Shown: positions 9,922 to 20,307, numbered from the stretch's first letter. The stretch: 64,000 bases of DNA from Sedimentisphaerales bacterium (GCA_963708075.1 OY970194.1:4896001-4960000); one strand, 5' to 3'. The notes: generated by a model not told the origin, from the sequence alone. A program made the numbers and translations.

Positions 9922-10008
9922 CCGAGCCAGGGGGCAGTCACACGTGATACACTCTCTGTGTCGAGCGTGGAGACTTGGCAAAGGACTACTTGGTTGGAGG
10001 ACAAGAAG

Positions 10009-10374
10009 ATGAGATCTTATCATGCCTTGATCACCATCGTGGTGTTGCTTCTTACCCCATTTGCGAGCGCCGACATTACTGGCTGGAACTGCGATGATGA
10101 CGGTGATGGCGCTATCGTGATGAATACGCCTACATGGACCGCAGTTCCTGGTGAGGAGGGCCAGTACCAGTACTTCCTGACTATGAGCGGAACTCAGTAC
10201 TCGTATCCGGCCCATGTGGAAGGAGATTTCGCCACGGGCGATCAGGACTTGAAAGTCCTGCCGGCCCACCCGGGACTGGGGACGAGACAGTACAGGGGTA
10301 AGATCGACGGGGGTTGGGGGATGAGGAATTGGGAGAGCCGCGAACGCCATCGACTGTCCTCAGGCGGCTCATAG
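10009..10374 (+). pseudogene. Secreted protein, probably 3'-truncated
   Basis: GGAGG RBS, signal peptide (ASA) and an acidic beta-rich N-terminal part; composition becomes non-coding-like after ~10250. Confidence 0.4.
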
Positions 10375-10436
10375 TCCACTTTGTTCCGTATGATTAGCTG
10401 GGCCGTTCGGCCACAAATGGGTCACATGCCAATAAG

Positions 10437-10463
10437 AAGGGCCGAGTTTCTGACTCGGCCCTT
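10437..10463 (-). terminator. Intrinsic terminator-like hairpin
   Basis: AAGGGCCGAG-7 nt-CTCGGCCCTT, followed on the minus strand by a T-rich stretch; downstream of the 10504-11109 gene. Confidence 0.6.
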
Positions 10464-10503
10464 GTGCATGCATGGTTTCATCGGCGGTTTTCGCCGGGAC
10501 GGA

Positions 10504-11109
10504 TTACGACTGCTTGCGTCTCAGCCGCAAGCCCGTGCAACCCAGGCCGATGGCAGCGAGAAGAGCCGCACCGGGAACGGGGACCACGTGCGCTGTGCCC
10601 TCGAAACTCACCTCGTGGAAGATGGCATACTGCCGGGCGATGATTTCAGAGTGATTGGTGGTTATCTCAAGGTCTACCGTCTGCACGTTCGAGGCTGCGA
10701 ACGCGAAAGTCTGCAGGCTTTCGACGTCCGTGGCGCTGCCGGTGAATGAGCCGACGACTGCGGCGAGCGGATCATAGAACGTCAGCGTGAAGTCTTTGAT
10801 GCCCTCGCCATCGTTGCCGATGCCGCCGCCATTGTTCCACAGATTGAAGCCCGTCAGGTCGTATGCAGCGCCCAGATCGAACGTCACGTTGTACGGCCCC
10901 GCCCATGTGCCTCCCCCGTCATATCCGAGGGCCAGCCACGGAACGGCGGCAGTCGATCCGTCGATCACGCTGGCGGCAGACGACCCGTATGCGATTGGAT
11001 CCGCGGTCGTGGCAGTGATGGGTGTCAGGGACGCCATCGCCGCACCCTGAGTCAAACCGATGACCAGCAGAACGCCTGCTGCCAACATGGTGATACCATT
11101 AGCTCTCAT
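10504..11109 (-). CDS. PEP-CTERM-like (VPVPG) sorted surface protein with discoidin-like domain
   Basis: AAGGAGGAGG RBS; signal peptide; TFDLGAAYDLTGFNLWN; C-terminal VPVPGAALLAAIGLG...RLRRK. Confidence 0.85.
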   Translation of the reverse strand: MRANGITMLAAGVLLVIGLTQGAAMASLTPITATTADPIAYGSSAASVIDGSTAAVPWLALGYDGGGTWAGPYNVTFDLGAAYDLTGFNLWNNGGGIGNDGEGIKDFTLTFYDPLAAVVGSFTGSATDVESLQTFAFAASNVQTVDLEITTNHSEIIARQYAIFHEVSFEGTAHVVPVPGAALLAAIGLGCTGLRLRRKQS

Positions 11110-11180
11110 AGCCTCCTCCTTCACCTCTAAGAACGCCACACAGGGCGCGATCCACCATCGCTCCTGCAAGCAATCAGGTC

Positions 11181-11210
11181 ATTATACGACGGTTGTCCCG
11201 AAACCGTCAA
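11181..11210 (-). promoter_or_regulatory. Sigma70-like promoter with overlapping inverted repeat
   Basis: TTGACG-18-TATAAT; GACGGTT-N7-AACCGTC at 11188-11208. Confidence 0.55.
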
Positions 11211-11355
11211 TGGCAAACTGGGCAAGATAGATAGAATTGGCAAAATTCTTGAATGAGACGGCGGGCAGTATCCACGCCCTTCTTATCGGGGGCTTGAATT
11301 GTCCCTGAGAATGGGGCGAAACTGCGTCTTTCAGCCAAGGAATGCGGGTAGTGCC

Positions 11356-11475
11356 TCAGCCATAGTCGGCCTGTGTTGCCCTTACTGACTGTCGGATTGC
11401 CATCCTGATTCCGTCCGGCCGGGATGGCCAGGCGTGGATCGGGGCCGCGAGGTCGGGATCAATTTCGCCTCTGGA
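11356..11475 (-). pseudogene. Remnant of the small DPDLA...AWPxLP ORF seen at planctomycete integrative-element ends
   Basis: IDPDLAAPIHAWPSRPDGIRMAIRQSVRA next to a tRNA fragment; family recognised from memory. Confidence 0.45.
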
Positions 11476-11565
11476 AGACAAGCAGGGGACAAGCTGAGAG
11501 CAGCAGGGGGTAGTATGCATCGGCCGTGTGTTCGTAAGTGCTTGATTTTGCAGGGCTTGCGGACT

Positions 11566-11617
11566 TGGCCCAGTGGGATTTGAACCTGTGACCAAGGGAT
11601 TATGAGTCCCCTGCTCT
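11566..11617 (-). pseudogene. Degenerate 3' part of a tRNA with CAT anticodon (Ile2/Met type), att-site-like
   Basis: AGAGCAGGGGACTCATAATCCCTTGGTCACAGGTTCAAATCCCACTGGGCCA: anticodon arm and TTC loop present, T stem mismatched, no 5' acceptor strand, no CCA tail. Confidence 0.7.
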
Positions 11618-11720
11618 CCCACCGATAGACTTCCGGTTTAGGAAACCGATGCTCTCAATGCCGGGGACGAACCCCACCTGTTTGGGCCGACCGCCACCGG
11701 TTGCGCAGAGCCGCGAATGG

Positions 11721-12542
11721 TCACTGCTTCTTTTGTCCGCCGAGGAGGTCTTGGAGGCCTTCGGTGACGGACTTGCCGAGGTCGCCGGTGCGGTTGGGGT
11801 CACCGGTTTGGGGCGAGCCGAAGATCATCCGGCTGATGTCGATGGCTTTGTCGAGGATGCCCGTGATCTCGCCGACGGTTTCCTTGGGCAGGATGCCGCC
11901 GCCCTGTTCGGCAATGCCGGCGGCGACGGCCAGGATGATCTTGCTGATCAGCACGGCGGTGTCCATCCTCTCGTCGCGGCCGAGGTCGGTCATCATGATG
12001 TTGCCCAGGGTGAACTGGGCGGTCTGCGGCTTGCCGGGGACGCCGGACAGGCTCGCGTGCACCGTGATGTTCGAGATCTCCAGGGTGTCGATCAGCAGCC
12101 GCTTGCCGGTGGGTGCCCGCGGCTCGCGCAGAGGCTTGATGACTTCGTACAGGTTGTTCTGAAGCCCTTGCTGCTCGACGAACACCTCCATGTTCGCCAA
12201 TTGCATGTCCGTGATGTGCACCTCATTGGTCAGGAGCGAGCCGGCGTCGGCCGTGACGTTCACTCGTTCGAGCGTCAGCAGCGCGGGGCCCTGAAAGCCC
12301 GCGGGGTTTGCCACGGTGATCTTCTGCAGGCCCACGGCCCCTCGCAGAATCGCGACGTCCGCCTTGCCGACCCCCACAGGGACGTTGAGCGTTTTCGTGC
12401 CGGCCTCTTCCACCGCCGTCTGCACGATCTTGTCGGCAAACAGCGCCACCGCCACGACGCCCACGATCGCCAGCACTACCAGAACAACGATGATGAACAG
12501 AACCGCCTTCAGCAGCTTCCGCAGCTTTCGTGTCTTCCTCAT
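11721..12542 (-). CDS. AsmA/DUF748-like N-anchored envelope protein
   Basis: N-terminal TM helix; LNVPVGVG...ITVANPAGFQ motif. Confidence 0.7.
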   Translation of the reverse strand: MRKTRKLRKLLKAVLFIIVVLVVLAIVGVVAVALFADKIVQTAVEEAGTKTLNVPVGVGKADVAILRGAVGLQKITVANPAGFQGPALLTLERVNVTADAGSLLTNEVHITDMQLANMEVFVEQQGLQNNLYEVIKPLREPRAPTGKRLLIDTLEISNITVHASLSGVPGKPQTAQFTLGNIMMTDLGRDERMDTAVLISKIILAVAAGIAEQGGGILPKETVGEITGILDKAIDISRMIFGSPQTGDPNRTGDLGKSVTEGLQDLLGGQKKQ

Positions 12543-12585
12543 TCTCAATCCCCTCTCACATACATCCCAGAGACAGTCACTGTGA

Positions 12586-12790
12586 TGTCATTCCCGCGAA
12601 GGCAGGAATCCGGAGCCCTGCGACGCATTTGTGACCCCCGCTCACGATCAGGTCGATGGCAGGCCTTGCGCGGGGCTGACATATCCAAGCCCGGCTTGCA
12701 TCCTTCCGGCTGGGTGCCATGTCTACGCTCGCGTAGACATGTCTGGTTCGACGGGCAAGGCATGCTTACGCAAGCGTAAGCATGGCACCC
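12586..12790. repeat. Cluster of palindromic repeats
   Basis: GTCATTCCCGCGAAGGCAGGAATCC (related copies ~15171, ~54173, ~55718) and a GGGTGCCATG...CATGGCACCC doublet (related copies ~37578, ~46655). Confidence 0.75.
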
Positions 12791-12821
12791 AGTGGTTGCC
12801 GCATTGGCTCGTCACGGCTCA

Positions 12822-14099
12822 TTACACCGTGCCGCCTTCTTCGCGGGTGATCTTGGCACCGGCGCGGTTGAGCCGCTCTTCGATGCGCTCGTACCCCCTG
12901 TCGATATGGTACACGCGGTTGATCGTGGTGATCCCCTCGGCAGCCAGTCCGGCCAGAACCAGGGCGGCCGAGGCACGCAGGTCCGACGCCATCACGGGAG
13001 CCGCGATCAGCTTCTTGACCCCGGTGACAATGACGGCCGGCCCTTCCTTGCGCAGGTTTGCCGCCATACGATTCAGTTCGGCAACGTGTAAAAACCGGTC
13101 AGGAAACACCTTTTCTACCACGACGCTGTTGCCGTCGGCCAGGGCCAGGACGGCCATGAACTGCGCCTGGAGGTCGGTGGGGAAGCCCGGGTACGGCTGC
13201 GTCGTGATGTCGGAGGGCTCGATTCGCTCCCGGCCGACGACGGTGCAGCCATCGCCGTTCGATTCCACGGTGATTCCCATGCTCTGCAGCTTGTCCACGA
13301 CCGCCATCATGTCCTCGAGCCGGCAGTTGCCGATGTGGAGTTCGCCGCCGGTGATCGCGGCCGCTGCCATAAAAGTACCCGCCTCGATCCTGTCCGGGAT
13401 GATTCGGTATTGGACGGGACGCAGGTACTTGACTCCCTCGATGACCAGCCGGGGCGACCCGATCCCGCTGATTCGGGCGCCCATGGTGTTCAGGCAGTTG
13501 GCCAGATCGACGATCTCCGGCTCGCAGGCGGCGGACTCGATCACAGTCTTGCCCTTGGCCAGCGTGGCGGCCATCATGACGTTGGCGGTGCCGAGGACCG
13601 TCGAGCCGAACGCGCCGCCGAGGAAGATGTTCGCCCCGGTCAGGCCGTTCGGCGCCTCGGCGATGACGTACCCGTTCTTGAGGTGAATCTCGGCGCCGAG
13701 CTGTCGTAGGCCGGTAAGGTGGAGGTTGATCGGCCGGTCGCCGATCGCGCAGCCGCCGGGCATCGAAACCTCCGCCCGGTTGCACCTCGCCAGAAGCGGG
13801 CCAAGGATGCAGATACTGGCCCTCATCTTTCTCACAATATCATAGTGTCCGACGGGATTGGTGATGGTCGTAGCGTCGATCGCAAACGAGCCATCCGCCT
13901 GCCTGTCCGCCTTGCAGCCCAGCGAGTCAAGCAACTCCTTGAGGACGGCAATATCGGCAAGCTGGGGCACGCCGGTAAGCAGTGAGCGGCCGGGGGCGAG
14001 GATCGAGGCCGCCATGATCGGGAGTGCTGCGTTCTTCGAACCGCTGACTTCGATGCGACCGGAAAGCCGAACCGGTCCTTCAATTTGGAACACGTCCAT
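12822..14099 (-). CDS. murA: UDP-N-acetylglucosamine 1-carboxyvinyltransferase
   Basis: SGSKNAALP, MRASI, PGGCAIGDRP (catalytic Cys), PDRIEAGT, YPGFPTDLQ, SDLRASAAL, HIDRGY. Confidence 0.98.
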   Translation of the reverse strand: MDVFQIEGPVRLSGRIEVSGSKNAALPIMAASILAPGRSLLTGVPQLADIAVLKELLDSLGCKADRQADGSFAIDATTITNPVGHYDIVRKMRASICILGPLLARCNRAEVSMPGGCAIGDRPINLHLTGLRQLGAEIHLKNGYVIAEAPNGLTGANIFLGGAFGSTVLGTANVMMAATLAKGKTVIESAACEPEIVDLANCLNTMGARISGIGSPRLVIEGVKYLRPVQYRIIPDRIEAGTFMAAAAITGGELHIGNCRLEDMMAVVDKLQSMGITVESNGDGCTVVGRERIEPSDITTQPYPGFPTDLQAQFMAVLALADGNSVVVEKVFPDRFLHVAELNRMAANLRKEGPAVIVTGVKKLIAAPVMASDLRASAALVLAGLAAEGITTINRVYHIDRGYERIEERLNRAGAKITREEGGTV

Positions 14100-14207
14100 G
14101 TGTTTTGACTACTTCCGAATGATGACTTACTATATTATTGACAACAAGGTGCGGGGGACTGCAACCTGAGCCTCCTGCATCCGATGTGCAATACTACCTG
14201 ACTTATA

Positions 14208-15083
14208 GTGAATTGTAAATCGGAATCTGTGTCAAACGGAGCGGAACAACTGAACAGCGTCACCTTTGCAGACAAGTTGCTCTTCACGGCCGGGGTTCTG
14301 CTCTTCGCCCGGTGGCTGCTCGCCACGTCCCTGGGACGGACCGCCCTGGCCGACTCGCCGCCCCGCCGCAACAGGCTGGCCCCCTATGCCCCATTTATCC
14401 CCTTCGGCATCTGGTTCCTGGGCACCCTCGTGCTTCAGTCGATGGCCCACCAGATCGTCGGCTCCCTCGCAGGCTGGCGGGGCACGTTCGTGGACAATCT
14501 CGTCTTTTGCCTCGGAGCGGTGATCACCATCGCCGTCATCCTGCTCATCGCCAGGCTCACCTTTGCCCGGGGCCTGCGGGGCTTCGGACTGAGGCCCCGG
14601 ACCATTCCCCGCGACCTGGGCTGGGCCGGGATCTACCTGCTGGCGATCCTGCCCATCGTCATGGGGATGGTCGCCGTCACGATATACATCGGAAAGGCTC
14701 TTCTGGGTCAGGATTTCGAGATGCCCAAGCATGTAGGACTGGAGCTGATCACAGAGTCGCCGGCGCTTCCCTTGCAGATCCTGATTATCTTCCTGGCCGT
14801 GGTGATCGCCCCATTGGTCGAGGAGATGCTCTTTCGCGGCATGATTCAAACGACGCTCCGCTCCTACATCCGCCGCCCCTGGCCGGCGATCATCATCACA
14901 TCCATCTTGTTCGCCAGCGTCCACGTAAACGCCACGCATTGGCCCGCCCTGTTTGCCCTGGCCATGGGCCTGGGCTACTCCTACGAAAGGAGCGGCTCGC
15001 TCTTTCGTCCGATCTTCATGCACGCCCTGTTCAACGGCCTGACCATCGCCGCCGCCCTCGCCGAGTCCCCCCCACCGGCATAA
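14208..15083 (+). CDS. CPBP (CAAX/Abi) family intramembrane glutamic endopeptidase
   Basis: Multiple TM helices; APLVEEMLFRG, FASVH, HALFN motifs; start uncertain. Confidence 0.9.
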   Translation: MNCKSESVSNGAEQLNSVTFADKLLFTAGVLLFARWLLATSLGRTALADSPPRRNRLAPYAPFIPFGIWFLGTLVLQSMAHQIVGSLAGWRGTFVDNLVFCLGAVITIAVILLIARLTFARGLRGFGLRPRTIPRDLGWAGIYLLAILPIVMGMVAVTIYIGKALLGQDFEMPKHVGLELITESPALPLQILIIFLAVVIAPLVEEMLFRGMIQTTLRSYIRRPWPAIIITSILFASVHVNATHWPALFALAMGLGYSYERSGSLFRPIFMHALFNGLTIAAALAESPPPA

Positions 15084-15089
15084 AACCTC

Positions 15090-15113
15090 GTAGGGGCGAA
15101 TCATCATTCGCCC
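15090..15113 (+). repeat. GTAG-type REP, family B (GTAGGGGCGAATCATCATTCGCCC)
   Basis: Identical copies at 15090-15113 (+), 19484-19507 (-), 20224-20247 (-), 46560-46583 (+) and 60475-60498 (+). Confidence 0.9.
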
Positions 15114-15305
15114 GCACACCTCCGACACGGATTCACGCCAATTTCGAATTTGACACGGATTTCCCCGCATGTCATTCCCGACCCCCGATCAGGTCGAGAG
15201 CTGGCTCTGATCGGGAATCCAGGATTCCTGCCACTTCAAACTTCAAACATCAGACTTCACACTTCCCTTCCCATCATAAATCGTAAATCGAAGATCCCAA
15301 CCCCC

Positions 15306-15334
15306 TTGCCTGTTTCTCCGCTCGTCCCCATAAT
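15306..15334 (+). promoter_or_regulatory. Sigma70-like promoter
   Basis: TTGCCT-17-CATAAT upstream of 15402. Confidence 0.45.
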
Positions 15335-15401
15335 ACTCCCCACAGAAACACCTTTGATGGGTCTGTAACGAACGAATCTGGAACAGGAACAGAGGAGTCT
15401 C

Positions 15402-16667
15402 ATGAAAACATCGACTAGTCGGTCCCGGTGCCTGCTCGTGCTTTCAATCGTAAGCTGCTGCTGTTTTGCCCCCGCGAACGCCCGGGCGGAGGACTGGCCC
15501 CAATGGCGCGGGCCCAATCGCGACGGCAAGTCCGCGGATACCGGCCTGCTCAAGGAATGGCCCGCCGACGGGCCGAAGCCGGCTTGGAAGGCGACCGGGC
15601 TGGGCAAAGGCTACGCCAACATGTCCGTGGCCGCGGGCCGGCTCTTTACCATGGGGGACAAGGAGGCCGTCGGGTACGTGATCGCTCTCAACGCCGCGGA
15701 CGGCAAAATCCTTTGGTCCACCAAGGTCGGCGCCGCTGGCGCGCCCGGCCCGGCAGACTGGAGCTATCCCGGGCCGCGTTGCACGCCCACAGTCAGCGGC
15801 GACCTCGTTTTCGCCCTCGACGCCTGGGGAGAGATGATTTGCGTGACCGCCGCCGACGGCAAGGAGCAGTGGCGCAAGAATTTCGATAAGGACTTCGGCG
15901 GCAAGCCTCCAACCTGGGGCTTCTCGGAATCCCCCCTCGTGGACGGCGACCAGGTCGTGGTCACCCCCGGCGGGAGCCAGGGAGCCATGGTGGCGCTCGA
16001 CAAGAAGACCGGCCGGCTGCTCTGGCAGTCCAGGGACTTCACCGACGAGGCCCACTACTCCTCCATCGTCCCGGCCGACATCGGCGGCATACGCCAGTAC
16101 GTCCAACTCACCGCCGCCAGCGTCGTCGGCATCTCCGCCAAGGATGGCAGCGTCCTGTGGAAAGCCCCGCGCAAGGGCAACGTAGCCGTCATTCCGACGC
16201 CGATTGTGGACAGAAATCTGATCTATGTCACCTCCGGCTACGGCGCCGGCTCCCACCTCTTCAAAGTGACCTCCGACGCCGGCAAGTTCTCCGTCGAGCA
16301 GGTCTACGCCGAGAGAGCCATGGCCGTCCATCACGGCGGCGTGGTTAAGGTAGGCGAGCACGTCTACGGCTATTCCGACAGCAAGGGTCTGACCTGCCAG
16401 AATTTCCAGACAGGCGAAATTGTTTGGTCGGAAAAAGAGAAGATCAAAAAGGGCTGCGTCTCCTACGCCGACGGCGCCCTATACTGCCGCGAAGAAGACA
16501 CCGGCACAATGGTCCTGGTGGAGGCATCCCCAACAGGCTACACAGAGAAAGGCCGCTTCCCCCAGCCCGACCGCGCCAAAGAAAAAGCCTGGCCCCACCC
16601 CACCATCGCCAACGGCAAACTCTACCTCCGCGACCAGGACCTGCTGCTATGCTACGACGTCAAGTGA
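15402..16667 (+). CDS. PQQ-like beta-propeller repeat protein (BamB-like)
   Basis: Signal peptide, EDWPQWRGPNRDG, repeated ALxAxxGKxxW motifs, HPTIANGKLYLR. Confidence 0.92.
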   Translation: MKTSTSRSRCLLVLSIVSCCCFAPANARAEDWPQWRGPNRDGKSADTGLLKEWPADGPKPAWKATGLGKGYANMSVAAGRLFTMGDKEAVGYVIALNAADGKILWSTKVGAAGAPGPADWSYPGPRCTPTVSGDLVFALDAWGEMICVTAADGKEQWRKNFDKDFGGKPPTWGFSESPLVDGDQVVVTPGGSQGAMVALDKKTGRLLWQSRDFTDEAHYSSIVPADIGGIRQYVQLTAASVVGISAKDGSVLWKAPRKGNVAVIPTPIVDRNLIYVTSGYGAGSHLFKVTSDAGKFSVEQVYAERAMAVHHGGVVKVGEHVYGYSDSKGLTCQNFQTGEIVWSEKEKIKKGCVSYADGALYCREEDTGTMVLVEASPTGYTEKGRFPQPDRAKEKAWPHPTIANGKLYLRDQDLLLCYDVK

Positions 16668-16813
16668 TGGGAAGACCCTTGGCTGCGCACAAATCGCGGG
16701 GAAATCGACACGGAATCTGGGCCTACGACACTCAGCTCGGGGCTGAAGAAGTGACGTGTTCCTGGAATCCGGAAATGCGAAACATGGCCTCGCCAAGCTC
16801 CAGTTGTCAACAG

Positions 16814-17821
16814 CTAACGGTCGAGATTCGAGGCCGCGGGCTCCCCTAGTCTTGGATCAAATAGGACCAATTGCTGTGAGCCCTGTTCGATCTTTTTCGG
16901 CGGCCCATGCTCAGCATTATCAAAGTGTCCGCCCAGAGAGTCAAAGCGAAATTTGCTTGCCTCCAAATACTCTTTCTGTGTCTCGAAGGCTAGCCATCTC
17001 CTGTGCGCCTGTTCGGCGACTGCTCCGGTGGTGTTACTTCCGGCGAATGGATCGAGTATCAAATCGCCTTCATTCGTAAGGAAGTCGATGAAGAACCGAG
17101 GCAGTTGCGGAGGGAATCGGGCTGGGTGCGGCTTGATCCCCGCTCGATTGCAGGCCTGTAGATAATAGCCATTGCTATCGTTGTTGCCGAATTCCAGCAG
17201 GTTCGGCGGGATAGAGCCACCCAGGTCCTTACCAAATTTGTCGGTGATGTTATGACCCGAAGGACGCCTCTTAGCTTTGTAGCCCCGTTCTATGAGGCGG
17301 AGCATGTCTTTGCTGTATTCACGCAGAACCCTCCGATTGTCCGCCTTTGGAAATGGGCTTTTTGACAACCACCACACGCACTCAACAGAGTCCTTGATTC
17401 TGATCTTTCGCACTGTGACCCACTCGGCAGGAGAAGGCAATTTGGCGGGATTGTACCAATAGAACTCCTGTGCAAGGTGGAATCCCAATTCATCACACAA
17501 CGCTATCAGAAGCTTGAAGTGGTAGAGAGAACGGGTCGGCTGGCCCTCGTTGTAGCTGCCCCCTATATCGATGACAAGACTCCCATCGGGTGCAAGTACC
17601 CGGTGGAAGTGGCGTGCGAATTCGAGGAACCACGGGACATACTCATGCTTCTCTACATTGCCATATTCCTTCTTGAAGTGAAGTGCGTATGGTGGGGATG
17701 TTACGATGAGGTTAACTGAATCATCGGGTAAATCCCTCACCAGGTCCCGCGCATCCCCTAAGTATGCAACGCCGAGATCTGTTGCATAAAAGGGTTTCCT
17801 TTTGATGAACTCTGCTATCAT
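16814..17821 (-). CDS. Beta-class N4-cytosine DNA methyltransferase, M.PvuII-like
   Basis: TSPPY catalytic motif precedes [42 protein letters not shown] and HPARFP segments closely resemble M.PvuII as recalled. Confidence 0.93.
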   Translation of the reverse strand: MIAEFIKRKPFYATDLGVAYLGDARDLVRDLPDDSVNLIVTSPPYALHFKKEYGNVEKHEYVPWFLEFARHFHRVLAPDGSLVIDIGGSYNEGQPTRSLYHFKLLIALCDELGFHLAQEFYWYNPAKLPSPAEWVTVRKIRIKDSVECVWWLSKSPFPKADNRRVLREYSKDMLRLIERGYKAKRRPSGHNITDKFGKDLGGSIPPNLLEFGNNDSNGYYLQACNRAGIKPHPARFPPQLPRFFIDFLTNEGDLILDPFAGSNTTGAVAEQAHRRWLAFETQKEYLEASKFRFDSLGGHFDNAEHGPPKKIEQGSQQLVLFDPRLGEPAASNLDR

Positions 17822-17880
17822 GCCATATCAGTCCTAACTTACAGGCACATCATAGCATGAGTTCATCCGGGAGACAAGAA

Positions 17881-18480
17881 TCATGGTTTTGCAGAATCCA
17901 CGATTTCGAATACTTCCAGCAAGTCGCTACGCCACGGCGGTGCGGCGGGCTGACAAATAGGATGCATTACCTCCAGCCGGTCTGGTTGTTTGCGGTGGCG
18001 CGCCAAGTCTCTTGCAGGGGCGTAGAGATATTCCCAAGCCCCTTTCTGGTTGAAGAGGCAAGCGGCGACCACGTCAAATTCGTCCGGGCGGTACAAGCGT
18101 GTCTTCTCCCCAGTTTTGGAGTCGACGCCGCCTCGTGTCTTTTGCAGTTCCACCCTGAACGACCCTGTTTCCGCACCCTTGCAGCGTTGCCGACCACTCC
18201 TCACGTTCTTGCACTGTATGGTCAGTTGCTGAGCTTTGTAGCAAAGGAAGAAATCCGGTTCCTTGTCTTTGTCGCTCCACCGCAACTCCGATATGACACC
18301 TTGCTTCTGCAGCCCCTGCAATGCCCGAAACAGGTAGAGCTCGGCAAGTTTCCCTCTGACATCAACCTGCGCACGGAAGCCACTGCTAATCGCGTCAAGG
18401 ATGTCCCTTGCCGATGCGTTGAGGCTCCTCTCCAGGGGATGCTCAATACTATTTCTTTGTCCTTGAATTTCCGAGGCCAC
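17881..18480 (-). CDS. Putative type II restriction endonuclease (PD-(D/E)xK fold)
   Basis: Lies between C and M genes; GKLAE...EPDF...IQCKN motif; GTG start with AAGGA RBS overlapping the C gene. Confidence 0.7.
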   Translation of the reverse strand: MASEIQGQRNSIEHPLERSLNASARDILDAISSGFRAQVDVRGKLAELYLFRALQGLQKQGVISELRWSDKDKEPDFFLCYKAQQLTIQCKNVRSGRQRCKGAETGSFRVELQKTRGGVDSKTGEKTRLYRPDEFDVVAACLFNQKGAWEYLYAPARDLARHRKQPDRLEVMHPICQPAAPPWRSDLLEVFEIVDSAKP

Positions 18481-18682
18481 GAAACAGTTCCTTGATGTCC
18501 ACATCCAATGCACGGGCCAAGTCCGCAACTACCTGTAACGTGATGTTCCTCTCACCCCGCTCAATGCCGCCAATGTACGTCCAGTGACGCCCGGCAGCTT
18601 CCGCAAGCTGCTCTTGAGTCCAGCCCCGTTTCTTGCGCAGGTCGCGCACGCGCGACCCGAATTGTTCCTGAATCGTTCCCAT
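18449..18682 (-). CDS. Restriction-modification controller (C) protein, XRE HTH
   Basis: FGSRVRDLRKKRGWTQEQLAEAAGRHWTYIGGIERGERN, typical of C proteins; overlaps the REase start. Confidence 0.9.
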   Translation of the reverse strand: MGTIQEQFGSRVRDLRKKRGWTQEQLAEAAGRHWTYIGGIERGERNITLQVVADLARALDVDIKELFRGLGNSRTKK

Positions 18683-18721
18683 TGAGCCGGAGTATCGCCG
18701 AACGCAAAGCGAAGGGACAGA

Positions 18722-18732
18722 GACTATGAGTA
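18722..18732 (-). promoter_or_regulatory. C-box-like operator TACT-CAT-AGTC
   Basis: One mismatch from the GACT-N3-AGTC C-box consensus; ~40 nt upstream of the C gene. Confidence 0.55.
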
Positions 18733-19661
18733 TTATTCGCATGAGAGAGAAACAGAACATGTAGGGGTGTTCTGCTTCTCTGGGAAAAAGTAGAGGTGTC
18801 AGAGATCAAGGGCGTCAGGTACTCTTTGAGGTGTCCCCTTTCTTCCTGTTCTTCGTGGTGAAGAGCCCTGGATTCCTGCGCCTCGATCTGAGCTTGCCCT
18901 CGACCTGATCGAGGGTCGAGGGCGAGCTTCGTGAGAATGGCATGCACAATGCAGTTTTCGCGTGGTTCGCGTCCCTCGATCAGGTCGAGGCCAGGCTTTC
19001 GCGGTTTCCATATCTGTGTTCATCGGCGTTCATCAGCGGTTGACAATCAGAAGAATCGGTGTGCGGTGCACACCCTACAAAATCTGCGTCAATCGGCGAA
19101 ATCTGCGGATGAACGAGATCGGTGGGCGGAGCCCACGCTGCCGCTGTCGGCCGGATTGTGGCCGCGTCACTTTTTCGAGTGTCTCTGTACTACTACTTGT
19201 TGGAATCTTGTTTTCCTGCGCAGATTTTTCGACGGGGTGACACGTAAGCTACTGAAACCACACGAATTATGTCTCGCGCAGAGACGCAGGGACGCAGAGT
19301 ACAGAACGTGTTGCGGCTCGGCCTTTCTCTGCGCCTCCGCGTCTCTGCGCGAGTCGATTTTTGGTTGCGGCCGGAGGCCGCGCTGGGTCCTCTGAGGCCT
19401 CTGTGGCGGCTTCTTTGTCTTGCGCTTTGCTTTGGACTTTTTGCGGGGTGACTGGCGGGCGGATGGTGGTTCGGGCGTGGTGCGGGCGAATGATGATTCG
19501 CCCCTACGGGCGGCGTGTTGGGCGAGGAATTGGGCACGGCGTTCGGGGGCCATTTTTCGGGGAAATTCTGGGGGGACGCCTTATTTGATTTGGGTCGCGA
19601 ATCGAGTATGCTTGGGAGCTTGAGAGTCCTGGCTCTGTGAAGCGATGAATGGAGCACTGTC

Positions 19662-20223
19662 GTGGATGAAGAGAATCTTTCGGTACCTGTCCGACGACAA
19701 CCCGAAAACACAGGCTTCGAAGAGTTGAAGTCCGTCAACCGGCATGGTGCGGAATACTGGAGCGCTCGCGATCTCCAGCCGCTGCTGGGCTACAGCCAGT
19801 GGCGCAGCTTCGAGAAAGCTGTCGCGAAGGCTATAACCTCTTGCCAACAATCGGGTAACGACCCGGACCATCATTTTGCGCGCGCGCAAAATGATCGTTC
19901 TTGGCAAAGGCGGGCAGAGGAATGTGGATGATTACTGGCTGTCCCGTTTCGCCTGCTACCTGATTGCTCAGAACGGTGACCCTCGTAAACCGCAGATTGC
20001 CCTTGCTCAGAAATACTTCGCGATTCAGACCCGGCGGCAGGAGATGAGCGATGCTTATCAGCAGGACATGGAGCGACTGGAACTGCGCAAGCAGACGACG
20101 GAGGAATTCAAGGCGTTGTCGGGCGCAGCGAGACAGGCCGGTGTGCAAAGCACGATGTTTGGCGTGTTCCACGATGCGGGCTACAAGGGCTTGTACGGCG
20201 GCCTGGGGAGCGACCAGATCATA
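19662..20223 (+). pseudogene. dinD: DNA-damage-inducible protein D, frameshifted and 3'-truncated
   Basis: [49 protein letters not shown]; frame break at (GC)5 19878-19887; homology stops at the REP at 20224. Confidence 0.85.
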
Positions 20224-20307
20224 GGGCGAATGATGATTCGCCCCTACGGGAATTGGCCGTAGATTTCCTGGCAGCATTCGGGTGGCCATTCTTCGGGGAC
20301 GTTGACA

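Noticed and set aside
11566..11640. Functional tRNA gene
   Set aside because: No 5' acceptor strand, broken T stem and no intact D arm.
18790..19560. Short ORFs in the repeat-rich spacer (also 55430-55990 and 61600-62070)
   Set aside because: Translations reflect 7-9-nt periodic repeats and REPs, with no RBS or family motifs.
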